From contig NC_086097.1 of NCBI RefSeq assembly GCF_963921235.1, positions 149,606,001 through 149,670,000 on the forward strand: a DNA stretch of 64,000 bases. Direction: 5' to 3'. The DNA is from Mobula hypostoma (taxonomy: Eukaryota). Positions 11,642 to 24,665 of this stretch are shown here, in pieces. The position numbers and the translations under genes were made by a program. How positions within the stretch are numbered: position 1 is the stretch's first letter; each line of letters begins with the position of its first letter. The notes beneath the pieces are model-generated. The model saw only the letters and a program-made list of their open reading frames with translations. It was not told the DNA's origin and did not search any database.

Positions 11642-12397
11642 CCAAAATCACCCAGTTTATATGGCCATCATAGAACTTACAAAAGCATTTCACTCAGTAA
11701 GTCGTCCTGCTCATTGACAGGTACCACCCAAACTCGGATGCTCAGAAAAATATGAGTGCAATGGTCATCAGCAACATTGGCTCTGAAACGGCAACTTTTA
11801 TGGTTGAGACTGGGGTCAAACAGGGGTGCATCATTGCCCCAATTCTATTTGTCATTTTCATTGCAACCATTCTTCACATCACAAGTCAAGACCACCCACA
11901 AGGGGTCCAGATGCTCTATAGGATGGATGGGGGGGGGGCTCTTTAACCTTAATAGGTTCAAGGCAAAGAGCAAGGTGTCAACTATTTCTATCATAGAGTT
12001 CCAATATGTGGACGAGAATGCTATCGTAGTTCACTCTGAGGAGGATCTGCAGAGCATAATGGATGCTTTTGCCAGAGTATACAAGCTCCTGGGACTTGAT
12101 CTAAACATCAAGAAAACCCAAGTCCTGCACCAAACTTCTCCAGATCAAGCTCCTAAACTTCCAGCCATCCAAGTTGACAACATCCATTTGGAGAACGCTG
12201 AATATTTCCCATATCTTGGCAGCCTTCTTTCTTCAAGAGCCAATATTGACCTTGAAGTAAATCACAGAATAGGCTGTGTCACTGGATCTTTCGCCAGGCT
12301 GAGAACAAGGGGTTTTGAAGATCAGGATATCAAGACCAACACTAAGCTCCTGGTCTATAAATCCATAGTCCTCCCCTCCTTGCTATATGGAGCTTAG
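11642..12397 (+). mobile_element. RTE-clade LINE, forward RT part of the same element (3' end lost; CR1 tail follows at ~12400-12510)
   Basis: QNHPVYMAIIELTKAFHSV, GVKQGCIIAPILF, EFQYVDE, GLDLNIKKTQV, FPYLGS, YKSIVLPSLLYGA. Confidence 0.88.
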
Positions 12398-13699
12398 AAA
12401 AACAGAGAGCTATGGGTAACCCTAGGTAATTTCTATAGTATGGACATGTTTGGCAAAGCTTTGTGGGCTGAAGGGCATGTATTGCGCTGTAGGCTTCCTA
12501 TTTCTCTAAGTGATGAGACCTCAGTGGTGGCAGGGTATTCATTAGTCTCAGAAGAATCATTTAGTGGAAATTCACCCACAGTGACATATGTTACAATTGT
12601 ATGTCAAGTAGCAGTTATACTCTATGGCATGCCTTGCTTCTGAAATTCAGCTGTTCTGGTTTCTATGGAAGGAATGTTGTTAAGTGGAGAAAATATATTG
12701 CTATGATATGTTTCTGAAAGTCCAAACAATCAAGGATTAATTTCTACCCCATTTAATCTCAAGGCATAAAGGAGTCCAAATGACACATCTTGACTATGGT
12801 GACTCTTTAATCTTACATTGCATCTACAGATCACCCTACAGATGATTGGAATTGTTGAAAATTCCTTTCAATGCTGGATGCATTGCAATTGAAAATCTGA
12901 GCAATCCTTTATTTTTCTTCATCTCCCTCAAGTAAGAGTGGGTAACTAATCATACGATCCAGAGTAATGGAAACTGATTCTCTATACTTGCCATTTCAAG
13001 ACCACTGATAATACTGAATACCACTTTTAATATTCTTTGCTTTACCATCTTATGCTTTGCAATCTCTCCACAAGGCTGAGCTCCCTCATTTCTGAGTAAC
13101 CTCTGCAAAGCACTGTTGTAGTTCCCAGTATGGGCTATCCAGCAAAGTGTCCTTCCCTCTGAAAGGAAACCTACATATTCACCACAAATCATCGTCGCCA
13201 ATTGTGTAAACACATTGATGTTTTTTCTATAACAAGTCTTTTATGTAGTAGTTATTAAGCAATATTTAAAAAATTCAAATATTGACTTCCTGCAATTTCT
13301 ACCTGTACCTAGTTCCGATGAGAGGCTATGACCTTAAGTTTTAATTGTTTTTCTTATTTTACAGGCAATGTCTGACTTGTTGGAAATTTCCAGTATAGTC
13401 TTTTTTTTAAACTGTGAGTGTATGTTTGTTATTTATCTGAACTGTTCCCATGTCTAAGGATTGACCTTGCTTAAATACTGTGATGCTGGATAATACTTGT
13501 TTCTAATCCAAATCCTTCTGATAATCAATGAAATTGCCACCTTGCCATAAGGTATTTTTGTTTATATTTCTATTTTTTGTATATTTACCGGTTTTATATT
13601 TTTCCTGACAGTTGTCAACAACTTGTTTCCCCAACTTCTCACTTTTTTCATGAAAAATATTCAGCTCCACTCTGTTCCTTAACTCCAGTAAATAACTCT

Positions 13700-14022
13700 T
13701 CAAGATTAACTTTATTTGTCACATGTACATTGAAACATCGAAATATGCCTCATTGGCATCAATGACTAACACAGTCTGAGGGTGTGCCAAGGGCAGTCTA
13801 CAAGCGTCACCATGCTTCCTGCTCCTACATAACATGTCAACAGCTTACTCAGCCTAATCTTGCGTTTTTTGAATGTAGGAGGAATCTGGGGCACCTGGAG
13901 GTAGCCCATGAGGGCATGGGGAGAACGTACGAATTCTTTACAGGCAGCAGTGGGAATTGAACCTCAAATCCTAATCGCTAGCATTGAAATGTGTTTCACT
14001 AACCACTATACTACAGTGTCGC
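13700..14022 (-). mobile_element. V-SINE with L2/Rex-type tail
   Basis: Antisense B-box gggaattgaacc, V-domain (ggaggaatctggggcacctggagg), tail ttatttgtcacatgtacattgaaacat. Confidence 0.7.
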
Positions 14023-14293
14023 TCTTCAAGAATAACTCTAGAATGTTGTCCAACAGAAATTATCCTTGAACATCACTGCAACGCCACTAATAATTTTGCC
14101 TTATCCTCCCCAAATACTCTATATCCAGGTATTTCTTCTTCATCTCCCCCCATCCCTCATCCTCTGCTCCATTTCTCTCCATGCTAATGCCAGGCATTTA
14201 TTGTATTCATTGTGTTGTAGACCACAATCAACGGTTTAAACATCAAGATAATTTGTAATTGTCCTTTCATCAATGTAATTCATTCATTAATAA

Positions 14294-14393
14294 CAAACAT
14301 GAGAAAATCTACAGATGCAAAAAATCCAAGCGACACACACAAAGTGCTGGAGGAACTCAGCAGGCCACGATGTTGCCTGGCCTGCTGAGTTCC
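14294..14393 (-). mobile_element. 100-bp Penelope terminal insertion with 14-bp TSD and 18-bp hairpin
   Basis: TSD tcattcattaataa at 14280-14293 and 14394-14407; arms gaggaactcagcaggcca (14350-14367) and tggcctgctgagttcctc (14378-14395). Confidence 0.85.
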
Positions 14394-14544
14394 TCATTCA
14401 TTAATAATATGCATTTGTGCTAATTGACCATTTGGTTTCTTCTTCTTGTTGTTTTACCTGAACAATTCAGTATTCTTTAAATCTTTTCTTATTTTCAGTG
14501 TAGCTTGCCTTTTCTCTCAGGTACTGCAATTCTTCTTTCAGTAT

Positions 14545-15120
14545 TTTTTATTAGTTTCTACATAAAAGAATACAGAGTACAAGAAAGTATATATAAAGGT
14601 CGGAAAAAACCAACTACCAATTACATTATATCTATTCATAATAACAATCTCATTACCCTATATTCATGTAGGTTAGTCAAAGTTATACTGAAATATACTA
14701 ATTTATTACCAAAAAAAACCCTAACCCTTACCAAGACTGAAGTTGTTTATTAAGGACAAAAAAAGGTAAAGTACCTTCTTGTATAATAAAAATTAGTAGT
14801 AGCCAACATCTAAATTTCAACAACGAATTGAGGGTTTTGAAAGTTTTGAAAATAATTCAGAAAGGGTCCCCACAATGTTTGAAAGTCTTGATGAGATTCA
14901 GAAATTGAGCAATGAATCTTCTGTAAATCTAAACATGACATAACGTCGCATGACCATTGATCATGAGTAGGAAGAGAAACATCTTTCCATTTAAACAAAA
15001 GTACCCTAGCTGTAAGAGAGCTAGAGGCCAAAGTATGTAAATCTGATGTCTTCAACTTGATATCTTGTCCAGCAACAACGCCGAATAGGGCAGTCAGAGG
15101 ATTAAGCTTAAAATTTACTT
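14545..15120 (-). mobile_element. L1/Tx1-type LINE 3' end
   Basis: ORF2 C-terminus ARVLLFKWKDVSLPTHDQW...SCLDLQKI...FQTLWGPFLNYF, then 3' UTR with T-rich end on the plus strand. Confidence 0.65.
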
Positions 15121-15359
15121 TGCAATTCTAATACTAATTAGTCTAAATGCTTCCCTATTCCCTGGTTAACCTTCCAAGATGGACTTTGATCCAAGTTCCA
15201 TTTAAAAGCACCATTCTGTTTATACTTGTAACTCAAATATTAAACTGATCCTAAACCTGGATTTAAATCTCTCAGTTCTATACCTCTCCATCTGACACTC
15301 ATCGTATAGCATAGAAGGAGACCAGCTGGCCTATCAAGCCTATGACAACTCCTTACAGA

Positions 15360-16500
15360 GCAAACCGCGATCTGCTGGAGGAAGTCAGGTCAAATGGCAT
15401 CAGCGGAAGGAAAGTATTTGTCAATATTTCAGGCTGAAACCCTGCATCCAGACTGAGAGTGCAAAGGAGAGGTGGCTAGCAGAGAATGGAGAAGGGAGTG
15501 ATGAGAAGGAGTCCAGGGCTAGTGGTGGACCAAGGAGGGCTGTAAGATGACAAGCAAGTAGGGGAAGTGAGCGGGGATGGAGTTGTAGGAGTCAGACAGA
15601 GGGGGCACAAACAACAGAGGGTGCAAAGTGTGGGGTAGAGGAGTGTGTGAAGATGAGAGGCGGCTGTCAGAGAAAGCTAAGCAGGAAAACCAGAGCTTCT
15701 GCAGATACTGGAAGTCCAGAAATCCAGAGCAACACACACAATGTTGGAGGGAGATGAGCAGGAATGCCATGCTGGAATCTAATAAATAATGATGAGGATA
15801 GGCTTTTTCCATTGAGAGTGCGGGAGATTCAAACAAGAGGACATGAGTTGAGAGTTAAAGGGAAAAAGTTTAGGGGTAACATGAGGGGGAACTTCTTTAC
15901 TCAGAGTGGTGGCTGTGTGGAACGAGCTTCCAGCAGAAGTGGTTGAGGCAGGTTCGATGTTGTTGTTTAAAGTTAAACTGGACAGCTATATGGACAGGAA
16001 AGGAATGGAGGGTTATGGGCTGAGTGCAGGTCGTTGGGACTAGGTGAGAGTAAGAGTTCGGCACGGACTAGAAGGGCCGAGATGGCCTGTTTCCGTGCTG
16101 TAATTGTTATATGGTTAAAAGAGGTGAGAATGAGAACCATTCAGGGAGCAGGAAAGCTAAGTGATAGTTGGAACTAGTTGGGAGGTTGGTAGTACAGTGT
16201 GGAGGAGCTTGTGTCTGAAGTTACTTGAGGGATTGGGGAAAGGAGGTTTGGGAGGTTTGAAAGGGGAACAAAACATAGGTATACTGGAAAACAGAAGGAA
16301 GGGAGATGTCAAAAAAAAAGAAAAAGTTGGAGGGAGTTGCATGAAATTGGGAAACTCAATATTCATGTCAAGGGGTTGTAGGCTACCCAGATGGAATACA
16401 AGGTGTTGCTCTTCCAGTTTGCATTGGGCTTCATCCTGGCAGCAGATAAGGCTAAGAATATACAGATCAGTGTGAGGATGTGGGAGAGGTATTGAACTGA
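15360..16500 (-). mobile_element. Penelope-like element 3' region interrupted by a well-preserved CR1 3' end (+, ~15790-16117)
   Basis: GIY-YIG C-terminus KLEEQHLVFHLGSLQPLDMNIEFPNF; CR1 TRGHELRVKGKKFRGNMRGNFFTQ and tail gaagggccgagatggcctgtttccgtgctgt. Confidence 0.75.
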
Positions 16501-16734
16501 TCTTACGGAGCAATGCGGTCAGTCCTGTTCCTTCCCACCCTGGTCTGTTCCTGCACTTGCCTGTCCTGCTACATTTTGGAAAGCCTAGTTGACTCTGTTC
16601 CAACCATTTTAGCTTGAAATTCTAGACTATCCCCACTTTTTGTGTAAAATTGATTTGTCTCTTAATTCACCTAAATGATTTGCCCTTTAAACCTGCACCA
16701 TTTGCTAATAGAAACTCCCTCAGCTAATGGCCAA

Positions 16735-16951
16735 CAGATTCACTTTCCAGGACTCTTCACAACTTGTGTTCTCAGTATTTTTTTATGTGCACAGTTTATA
16801 TATTTTTGCACATTGGTTGTTTGTCAGTCTTTGCTTATGTATAAGTTTTCAAGTATTATTTTTTTCTGTAAATGCATGCAAGAAAATGAATCTCAAAGTA
16901 GTATAGGCATCATATACTTGGTATCAAATTTTACTTCAAACTTCGAACTTT
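16735..16951 (+). mobile_element. Rex1/L2-type LINE 3' UTR fragment
   Basis: ttgcacattggttgtttgtcagtc...gcaagaaaatgaatctca...tttacttcaaacttcgaacttt tail. Confidence 0.55.
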
Positions 16952-18049
16952 AAATATATCTAAATCCTTCACAATCTTGTACAATTCTGTCACTTCTAAT
17001 CACCCATACTTTCTTCCTTTTCTGTATTCACATGTGCAAGGTACTAGAGCAATCTTACATGACTACATTTTCGTCAAGATTTTACATCCTAATTGTTGAT
17101 TTGAGGAAGGAATGATGTTAGTGAAAAGTGGGGAGGTGGCTGGGAAGTGCCAGATGGCAATTCTCAGAAGTTTGCTTTTCCCACTCAGAAAGTACTTCTT
17201 AGTCTGTTTTGTACCCAAAGAAAAATGGGAAACAATTTCAAGTTTTTGACTAAAATGCTGTTTGCCACCAGTGTGGTTTGTTAGGGAAATCGCACAATTT
17301 TCTTTGGCAGAACCTACGGTTAAAAATTCATTTGAGGACCCATGCAGTCAGCAGAGTCTCATTTATATGTTTTCAGCAAAACGCTTCTACCTTCCAGTAG
17401 AGAATGTAGATGCAAAATTTCGAAGAGTCCCACCCAACATGTGCTTGGTGATACATTATTCACAACATAAAGTCTGTGCTTTTCTCAAGGATGTAAATTA
17501 AGCTCAAACGGAGATGGAAAATCTATGATATCTGTGGGTGTGGGAGCCAACTACTAGTGTGATTACACTTCTGAAAGACAAAAAAAGTGGCACATAATGT
17601 TTTGCTCTGAGGTGGTTCTGCTTCAATGTTCTCTATCTGAGAAGCTCCCCTGTGTAATACCGAGGGGGTTACTTTCCGTAACCTCCCATATGGGATTTAG
17701 TGTTTCATCCACCTGACTTTCCTCTGTGACACTGTGAATAGGCCTCCCATTTCCCCTGGGTAATACAATTTCTAACTCCGACCTTTTGCATTTGTTCCAG
17801 TTGTCGTCACTTTAGATGTTAATTCAGCTCTTATTCAACAGCAATATATTCTGATGTCTCAAGAAGCACCCAGCGTTTAACCTTGCCTCTGTTAAATTTG
17901 AATGCTTCTATCTTGTGAGCAGTTAGAAGGGTCAGTTAGTGTGTTGAATGGGGGTAGTGCCTGTGGTTGTGATTGACTATTGGCTGTTCACAGTCAGACC
18001 AGGGCCCTGGATGTGGATGGTCATAGCAAAAAGGACACATTACAATGTT

Positions 18050-19155
18050 AGGAGGGTTCTGGAGTCACATGGAAACAGGCCGCTTGGCCAACATCATCCA
18101 TGCTGACCAGAGGGCAGCCACACATAATTAATTCCATCTCCCATCACTTGGCCAATAGCCTTCAGTGTACAGGAGGCTCGAGTGTTCATCTATACAATTC
18201 TTAAATGTTGTCGGTGACTCCGATTCCACCAAACTCTTTAGCTGTACATTGCAGGTATTCACCACATTCTGGGGGAGAAAAGATTGCACTCAGACCTCTG
18301 AATCTCCTACCCTTTATCCTAAATTTGTGTCCTTCCTGGAATACCTGCCTCCAATCTGGTTTGCTGCAGTCCACCCTATCTATACCCTTGATATTTTTAT
18401 TCCTCCCCTTTTCCCCCTTGCATCAGGCACTCTATCTGACAGCAGCTGATGTGAGGAAGACCCTAGCCTGAGTCAACCCATGTGAGGCTGTGGTGCCTGA
18501 TAACGTACCTGTTGGGTGCAGATGAACTCTGCAACCTGGTTAACAGAGGCTCAAACAGACATCATCAATATCTTTCTGGAACAGCCCACTGTGCCTTCAG
18601 GCTTCAAGGGTGGCCACCATCATCTGGCCATCCTCACTGGCACATCGTTCCATGCATCAAACTAGCGTAAAAGACATTTAGCCTATCAGGAAGCGAAGTG
18701 CCACTGTCATTTGATACCCTCACAAATCAAGAACTCAAGAACCTAACAATCTTTGCTTTAAATATACCCATTGCATTGGCTTCCACAGCCGTGGGTGGCA
18801 ATGAATTCCGCAGATTCACCACAATCTGGCTGAAGAAATTTCTCCTCATCTCTGTTCTAGTGCACATCCCTCTATTCTGAGGCTGTGCGCTATGATCCTA
18901 CACTCCCCCACTAGAAGAAATATCCTCTCCACATCCACTCTATTAATATTTCATAGGTTTCAATGAAATCCCCCCTCATTCTGCTGAACTGCAGCAAGAT
19001 CGGCCCAGGGCCAGCAAGTGGTCCTCATACATTAAACCTTTCATTCCTGGAATCCTCCTTATGAATGTCCTCTGGCCCCTCTCCTATGCCAACACATCTT
19101 TTGGATAAAATCTCAAAACTGCTCACAATATTCCAAGTGTGGTCTGACCAAAGGA
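18050..19155 (-). mobile_element. CR1 3' fragments with an intervening Rex1-type RT fragment (+, ~18435-18670)
   Basis: Antisense CR1 ORF2 C-terminus and tail; close similarity to the 52680-53120 segment. Confidence 0.7.
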
Positions 19156-20239
19156 ATGCTAACTTCTGATAATTCACTGGCACGGAACCTGATTCAGTGT
19201 TGACAAACCAATGTTGCCCATTCCTAATTGCCCTAAGAAAATGATGGCAAACTTGAAATAATAAACCTCTATTTATTTATTTGTATTTAAAGGCACAGCA
19301 TGGTAACAGGCCTCTCCAATCAAACATGCCCATTGACCAATTAGACCAATGTGACCAGTTAATATACACGTGTCTTTGGAATGTACAAAGAAACGAAAAC
19401 ACTCCGGGAGAACGTATAAGCTGCTTATAAATAGTAGCGGTAGTCAACCAGGGTTGCTGATGTTGTATTACTAATACTACTGTGCCAGCCCAATCTATAA
19501 TACCTTTAACGTAGTGCTTTAAGTAGTGAGCTCTAGAACAAACAACACTCCAATGAAGGGGCAATAATATATTTACAAGTTTAGGTGTTGATTATGTTGG
19601 AGCTGGTACTCCAACATGATCAGACCCACGGTAGCAGATTTTCTGGTTTTGAGTGCAGGGCACAGACAAAATATATTGTAATAGGTCAATGGTGCAGGAC
19701 TTCTCGGGGCTTTTGATGGTTGTTTTAAGACCAAACAAGTTTTGAATTTTGGAGTGGAAAATTGTGGAATTTTTAATGAATAAATAAATGGAAACAATTC
19801 GCACTGGTAGACGAGCTAATGTGCAAAGAACAAGATTAATCTTTACCAGAAATGAGGTCAGGTGAAATTCAGTTAGCAGCAAATTCCTATGAATTTCCCA
19901 AAACTCACTATTTGTTTCATCAACAGCTTTCAAAACAGAACTGAACATATACAGTAATTGAAAGGGGAAAAACATCGGAGTTCTAGTGTGAGGGGGAAAA
20001 AAGAACAGAAGAAAGGATTGATTTCAATAGTTCTTTGAGAACTAGGCACAAGCACAATTGTCAAGGACCTCATGGTGCTGTCGAATTGTATTGGAATAAC
20101 TCATTTATAAAGAGCTTAGTGAGAATTTCATCTTTACAAGAGGTTTTAGTGCAATACTGTTTGGAAAAAGGAAGGACTAATGATAAGATATATTTTATGA
20201 GACAATTAACACTGACACTGGCCTGTTTCTTGTCACATT

Positions 20240-20620
20240 TGGAAACAATATATTGACACTGGTTACGCTCTTCACCGGCAGATGTCATGAAATTTATTAA
20301 CTTTACAGCAGCAGTACAGTGAAATGCACGATAAATAAATCCAGCGAAAAAAGATGGTTATTGTCTATTAAATAGATTAAGTTAAAATAAGTAGCGCAAA
20401 AAAACAGAAATAAAAAACGTAGTGTTCACAGATTCGATGACCATTTTGAAATTAGATGGCAGAAGGGGAAAAAGCTGTTTCTGAATCACTAAGTGTGTGT
20501 CTTCAGGCTTCTGTCCCTCCTTCCCGATGATAACAATGTGAAGAGGGCACATCCTGGGGTCCTTACTGATGGACGCCAGCTTCCTGAGGCACTGCTCCTT
20601 GAAGGTGCTGATGCTGTAGG
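20240..20620 (-). mobile_element. Rex1/Babar-type LINE 3' end
   Basis: Antisense of the HPGCALFTLL...RRDRSLKTH..FRNSF segment and tail; similar to 44617-45000. Confidence 0.65.
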
Positions 20621-21064
20621 AAGACAGCGACCATCCTCATCAACTTTCCTCATTAACTCTAAGCATACAAGATTATCAGTAACAGATCTCTTGGTGAAGA
20701 TAGACTGTGCTAAAATGCAAATAGGTTGAGGATTTTTTTGTCTAATTTGGAAGGATGTGATTGCAAATCTTCTCTGATATCCAGCCCTCGAGTGTTTTTT
20801 TTTCTAATCTGATGTGAGTGGGGCACTGCATTAGGGCTGAATGGGGAACTAAAACTGCAGTACCATCTACCTATTGAAGATCCCTCAGCTGGTAACGGTG
20901 TGTGAAGGACATTGAAATGTATATCTAAATGTAACAAAGGTATTTGATAAAGTGTCTCATAAATAAAGAAATGGAAGGACAAATAATTGAGATCAAAATG
21001 GATATGTAGGTGGGGAATCGTGATCCAGCTAATGAGTTACAAACATTTGGGAAAATGTCTATTA

Positions 21065-21357
21065 ACTTATTTAGTGATACAGGGTGGAATAGGCCCTTCC
21101 AGCCCTTTGACTCATGCCACCCCAGCAACCCCCAATTTAACTCGAGCCTAATCATGGGAGAACTTACAATGGCCAATTAACTTATTAACTGGTATGTTTT
21201 TGGACTGAGGGAGGAAACCAGAGCACCCAGAGGAAACCCATGCCGTTCATGGGGAGAATGTACAAACTCCTTACAGATGATGTTGGAATTGAACTCTGAA
21301 CTCCGACGCCTCGAGCTGTAAAAGTGTCATGCTAACTGTTACACTACCACGGCACCC
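21065..21357 (-). mobile_element. V-SINE (HE1-like) with CR1-type tail; related copies ~19270-19490, ~51850-52535, ~56975-57135
   Basis: Antisense B-box ggaattgaactc, V-domain gggaggaaaccagagcacccagaggaaacccatg, tail aataggcccttccagccc. Confidence 0.8.
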
Positions 21358-21474
21358 ACTTAGGTGGTAACATTTTTCAAAGAAAGCTTTTTGTGTTTTT
21401 TGTGAAAAAAAATGTATATCATTTGTAAAGTACGTAATCCTTGATGCTCAAGAGGCTGCAGATACTAAAACAAA

Positions 21475-22260
21475 CTGCTCTATCTCTCTCCCCCAAGACA
21501 GAACAGAGATAGAATTCCCTTGGTCTTCACCTTTCACCCCGCCCCCCGCCTCCACATCCTGCATACGATCCTTCACCATTTCCTTCAGGTGGAAAGGAAT
21601 TCCACCGTCCCTACCTTTACCGATTTACACAGGGATCACGCTCTCCATTTCTCCCTGGTCCACTCATGCTCCCCATCAACTCTTCCCCTTCTCCATCACC
21701 TTCCCCTGCAGACACAGGAAGTGCGACAATTGTCCCTACAACTCTTCCCTCATCACCATTCAGGGATGTACACAGTCCTACTGGTGAGACAGAGTTCACG
21801 TGCATCTCCTTCAACCTTGTCTATTGCATTCAGTGCTTTTGATGTGACCTCCCCTCAGTCAGCGGGACCAAGCATAGACTAAGTGACCATTTTGTGGAGC
21901 ACTTGCCCAAAAAGACAATTTTGACCATCTGGTGCAAGTTATTCCTGGCGCACCTGGCTGTCCTTGACCTTCTCACTGCCCTGGTGAGGCCAAACGGATA
22001 CTAGCAGAACAGCATATCAGATTTCACTTGTGTACTTAACAATTTTCAGACTTTGTCTCTATCTTCCCCATCTCCTCCATCTATTTTTTCCTTATTTATT
22101 CCTACTTTTCACTCATCAGCATCTGCTTCAGCTCCTCCTCACTTATTAACCTTAGTCGTGATGCCGAGTCATCACCTAAAAAGTCCACCACCCCTTTGCC
22201 TCAACAGATGATGCTTGATGCTCCGAGTTCTTCCTGCAGTTTGTCGATCCAGAGCTGGAT
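21475..22260 (+). mobile_element. Old Penelope-like element 3' half
   Basis: RIPLVFTFHP, decayed GIY-YIG region and terminal gatgctccgagttcttcctgcag tail. Confidence 0.65.
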
Positions 22261-23329
22261 TTTGTCATATTAATGCTACTCCGGCGACGCCAGTCAAAAT
22301 TCATAATATGTTCCCTGATAGCACAATGGGAGAACTTTGTACCACATCAGCTATAGCAGTTCAACAAGAAGTTCAACCACCAATCGAGAACAGTTGGGGA
22401 TGGTCAATAAATTCCAGCCTTGTGAATAAAGTTCAGAGATGAACATAAATTCAGATGCCTGCTGAAATCATGAAGATGTCTTTGGTAAAGAGATTCGTTC
22501 CTTTTTTAAGGAGGGAACTATTAAAAGTCGTAATGAATTTAGCTGAACCTTTCCTTTTAAATAAGTTTCACTGCAGATTAAGTTTGAAATATTATTTGAA
22601 ACCATCAGAATCAGGTTTAATATCATTGACAATGTAGTGAAATTTGTTGTTTTGCAGAACAGAGTATGAAGAGAGTATGCCCTGGCATGCTCTTATAGTT
22701 TAAAATAAATTTTGTCGTGTCTGCTAATACTAGCATCAGGAGAGCGGTAAAGAAATAAACTCAGATAAAAAGTTATATTTTAACTGTATTTTCAATCAAA
22801 ATTCTATTACTTGCTACCAGTTTTTGGAAGGATTGGTAACAGACTCACTATTTAGTAAAATGCAGAATCTTATTCAGATGCTTAGATATATTGGTTATGA
22901 GTGCTACAAGGAAATGTCAGTTTTTGTAGTGCACTTCAGCGGACAAGCAAAATGTTGGAGATCGGAAATAAAAATAGAATATTCTGAATATTTAACAGTT
23001 CAGTCAGTATCTGTGGAGGGTCAAAAGAAGTCAATGCTCCTGGTCAGTTGGAGATTGGAAAACGTTTTTATAATCTATTAAAGTAGCCCTAAAGTAAAAG
23101 TTCAGAAGTTATTTTGAAAACTGCTCCAGCACTGTCAGAATGAACTAAAGCCAAAAACTATGCGCGCTATAAAAACAATTGAAGCCAACAATTATGTATT
23201 GGCCAATGCACTAATAATGCCATACAGACCACCTTGTTGACTCTGTAAAAACTACAAGACCATTTTAAATCTCATTACCATCGTACAGTAATCCATGGGA
23301 CATCACTGGAACATTATGTGGCATATTTG

Positions 23330-24320
23330 GATACAAAAACACATCAACAGGCTCTTTGGAAAAATGACCAAAAGCATGGCTAATGAAGTAGGGATTAAGT
23401 ATTGTCTTAAAGGACAAAAGAGAAGATTAAAGGTGGAAATATTCACTGGGGGGAATTTGAAAGCTTAAAGGTTTGTAGGTGAAATTTGGGCCACCAGTAG
23501 TAAAAAGATTAAAACTGGCAATGCTCAAGAAATTTAGGAGCAGAATTATCTCAGATGGCTGGAAGGGGTTTAAAGAGAGGAGAGGTCTTGAAAGCATTCT
23601 AAAACAAAGTTGAGAATTTACGAATTGAATAATTTGGAACACACAATTAATAGGGATTGATTTTTTTATGAAATAGGAATCATAAGTTCTTAATCCAAAT
23701 GGGATTTTTGTTTGACGGGATTCCTATTCATTTTTTTTATTGGAACGTAAATGTTTCAGACCTCAGAATCCTCAGCTAAGAGCATCAAGATTGTGCCAAG
23801 AGGCAGATGCTGGGACAGATGGTTTCTTGCCTTGCAGCAGACCACCAGCTCGAACCCTGCACATTTAACCAAAGAAAGACTTCATCTTTTTATTACTCTG
23901 TATGACACAAATGGAAAATAATACTTCATATTTCAGATTGCAATTGTTGGTGTAAAAGTGTATGTAGCTGGTAGTCATGTAACTGCACATAGCGGCATCT
24001 TTTGGATAAAAGCAGGAAACAATAACAAAAGTTTGGATTGAGCGTCTCATGACATTAAATGGAAAGATTGTCAATAAAACAAGCTACAGGACGAGCTGTC
24101 AGGACACACTGTTTGATAAAAGCATCCAATTTTAAGGACCATCTTAAAAGATAGTGAGGTAGAGATGTTTAGGGAGGTAATGTGAGAGCCTGAGCTTGAG
24201 ATTTGAAATTGCTCACAAGTTTGGGAGTGGAGGGAAGCAGACAAACTATGGTCTGTAGGCTGCAGGTTGTAGAAGAGTCTGGGAGAGGTGAGACTTCGGA
24301 GGGATTTGAAAATACATCCA
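23330..24320 (-). mobile_element. Decayed L2-type LINE fragments (~23330-23640, ~24050-24320)
   Basis: Antisense L2-like 3' segments (ttttaaggaccatcttaaaag...gagatgtttagggagg). Confidence 0.45.
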
Positions 24321-24444
24321 AACCAAATATCTGTTTTTAAAAAAAAAATCTCTCCTGGTTTATAGGTGAAAATACAACTGATATTTTTTGCGAGTAGTTT
24401 TTAAATGTTTTAATATATTCTCTAAGCAACAAAAAAAATTACTT

Positions 24445-24665
24445 CAAGCAACACACATCAAAGTTGCTGGTGAACGCAGCAGGCCAGGCAGCATCTATAG
24501 GAAGAGGTACAGTCGACATTTCGGGCCGAGACCCTTCGTCAGGGGTCTTGGCCCAAAACGTCGACAGTACCTCTTCCTATAGATGCTGCCTGGCCTGCTG
24601 CGTTCACCAGCAACTTTGATGTGTGTTGCTTGAATTTCCAGCATCTGCAGATTTCCAAATGTTTG
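24445..24665. mobile_element. Fold-back Penelope terminal insertion with hammerhead core, 15-bp TSD
   Basis: TSD caaaaaaaattactt at 24430-24444 and 24666-24680; ~92-bp inverted arms 24443-24534 and 24543-24634; minus strand CTGACGA-AGGGTCTCGGCCC-GAAA-TGTC-GACT at 24511-24542. Confidence 0.9.

Noticed and set aside
17262-17501. 79-aa ORF / exon AKRFYLPVENVDAKF
   Set aside because: No recognisable family and no convincing donor site.
17605-17642. Thyroglobulin exon (GGSA...)
   Set aside because: Reads GGSASMFSI then stop; no further TG similarity and a poor acceptor.
21290-21357. tRNA genes at B-box-like motifs
   Set aside because: These are SINE heads attached to V-domains and tails; no cloverleaf.
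24511-24542. Active stand-alone hammerhead ribozyme as an ncRNA gene
   Set aside because: The 5' strand of helix I is missing, the helix III palindrome is mutated (ATGT), and the long hairpin would outcompete the ribozyme fold.
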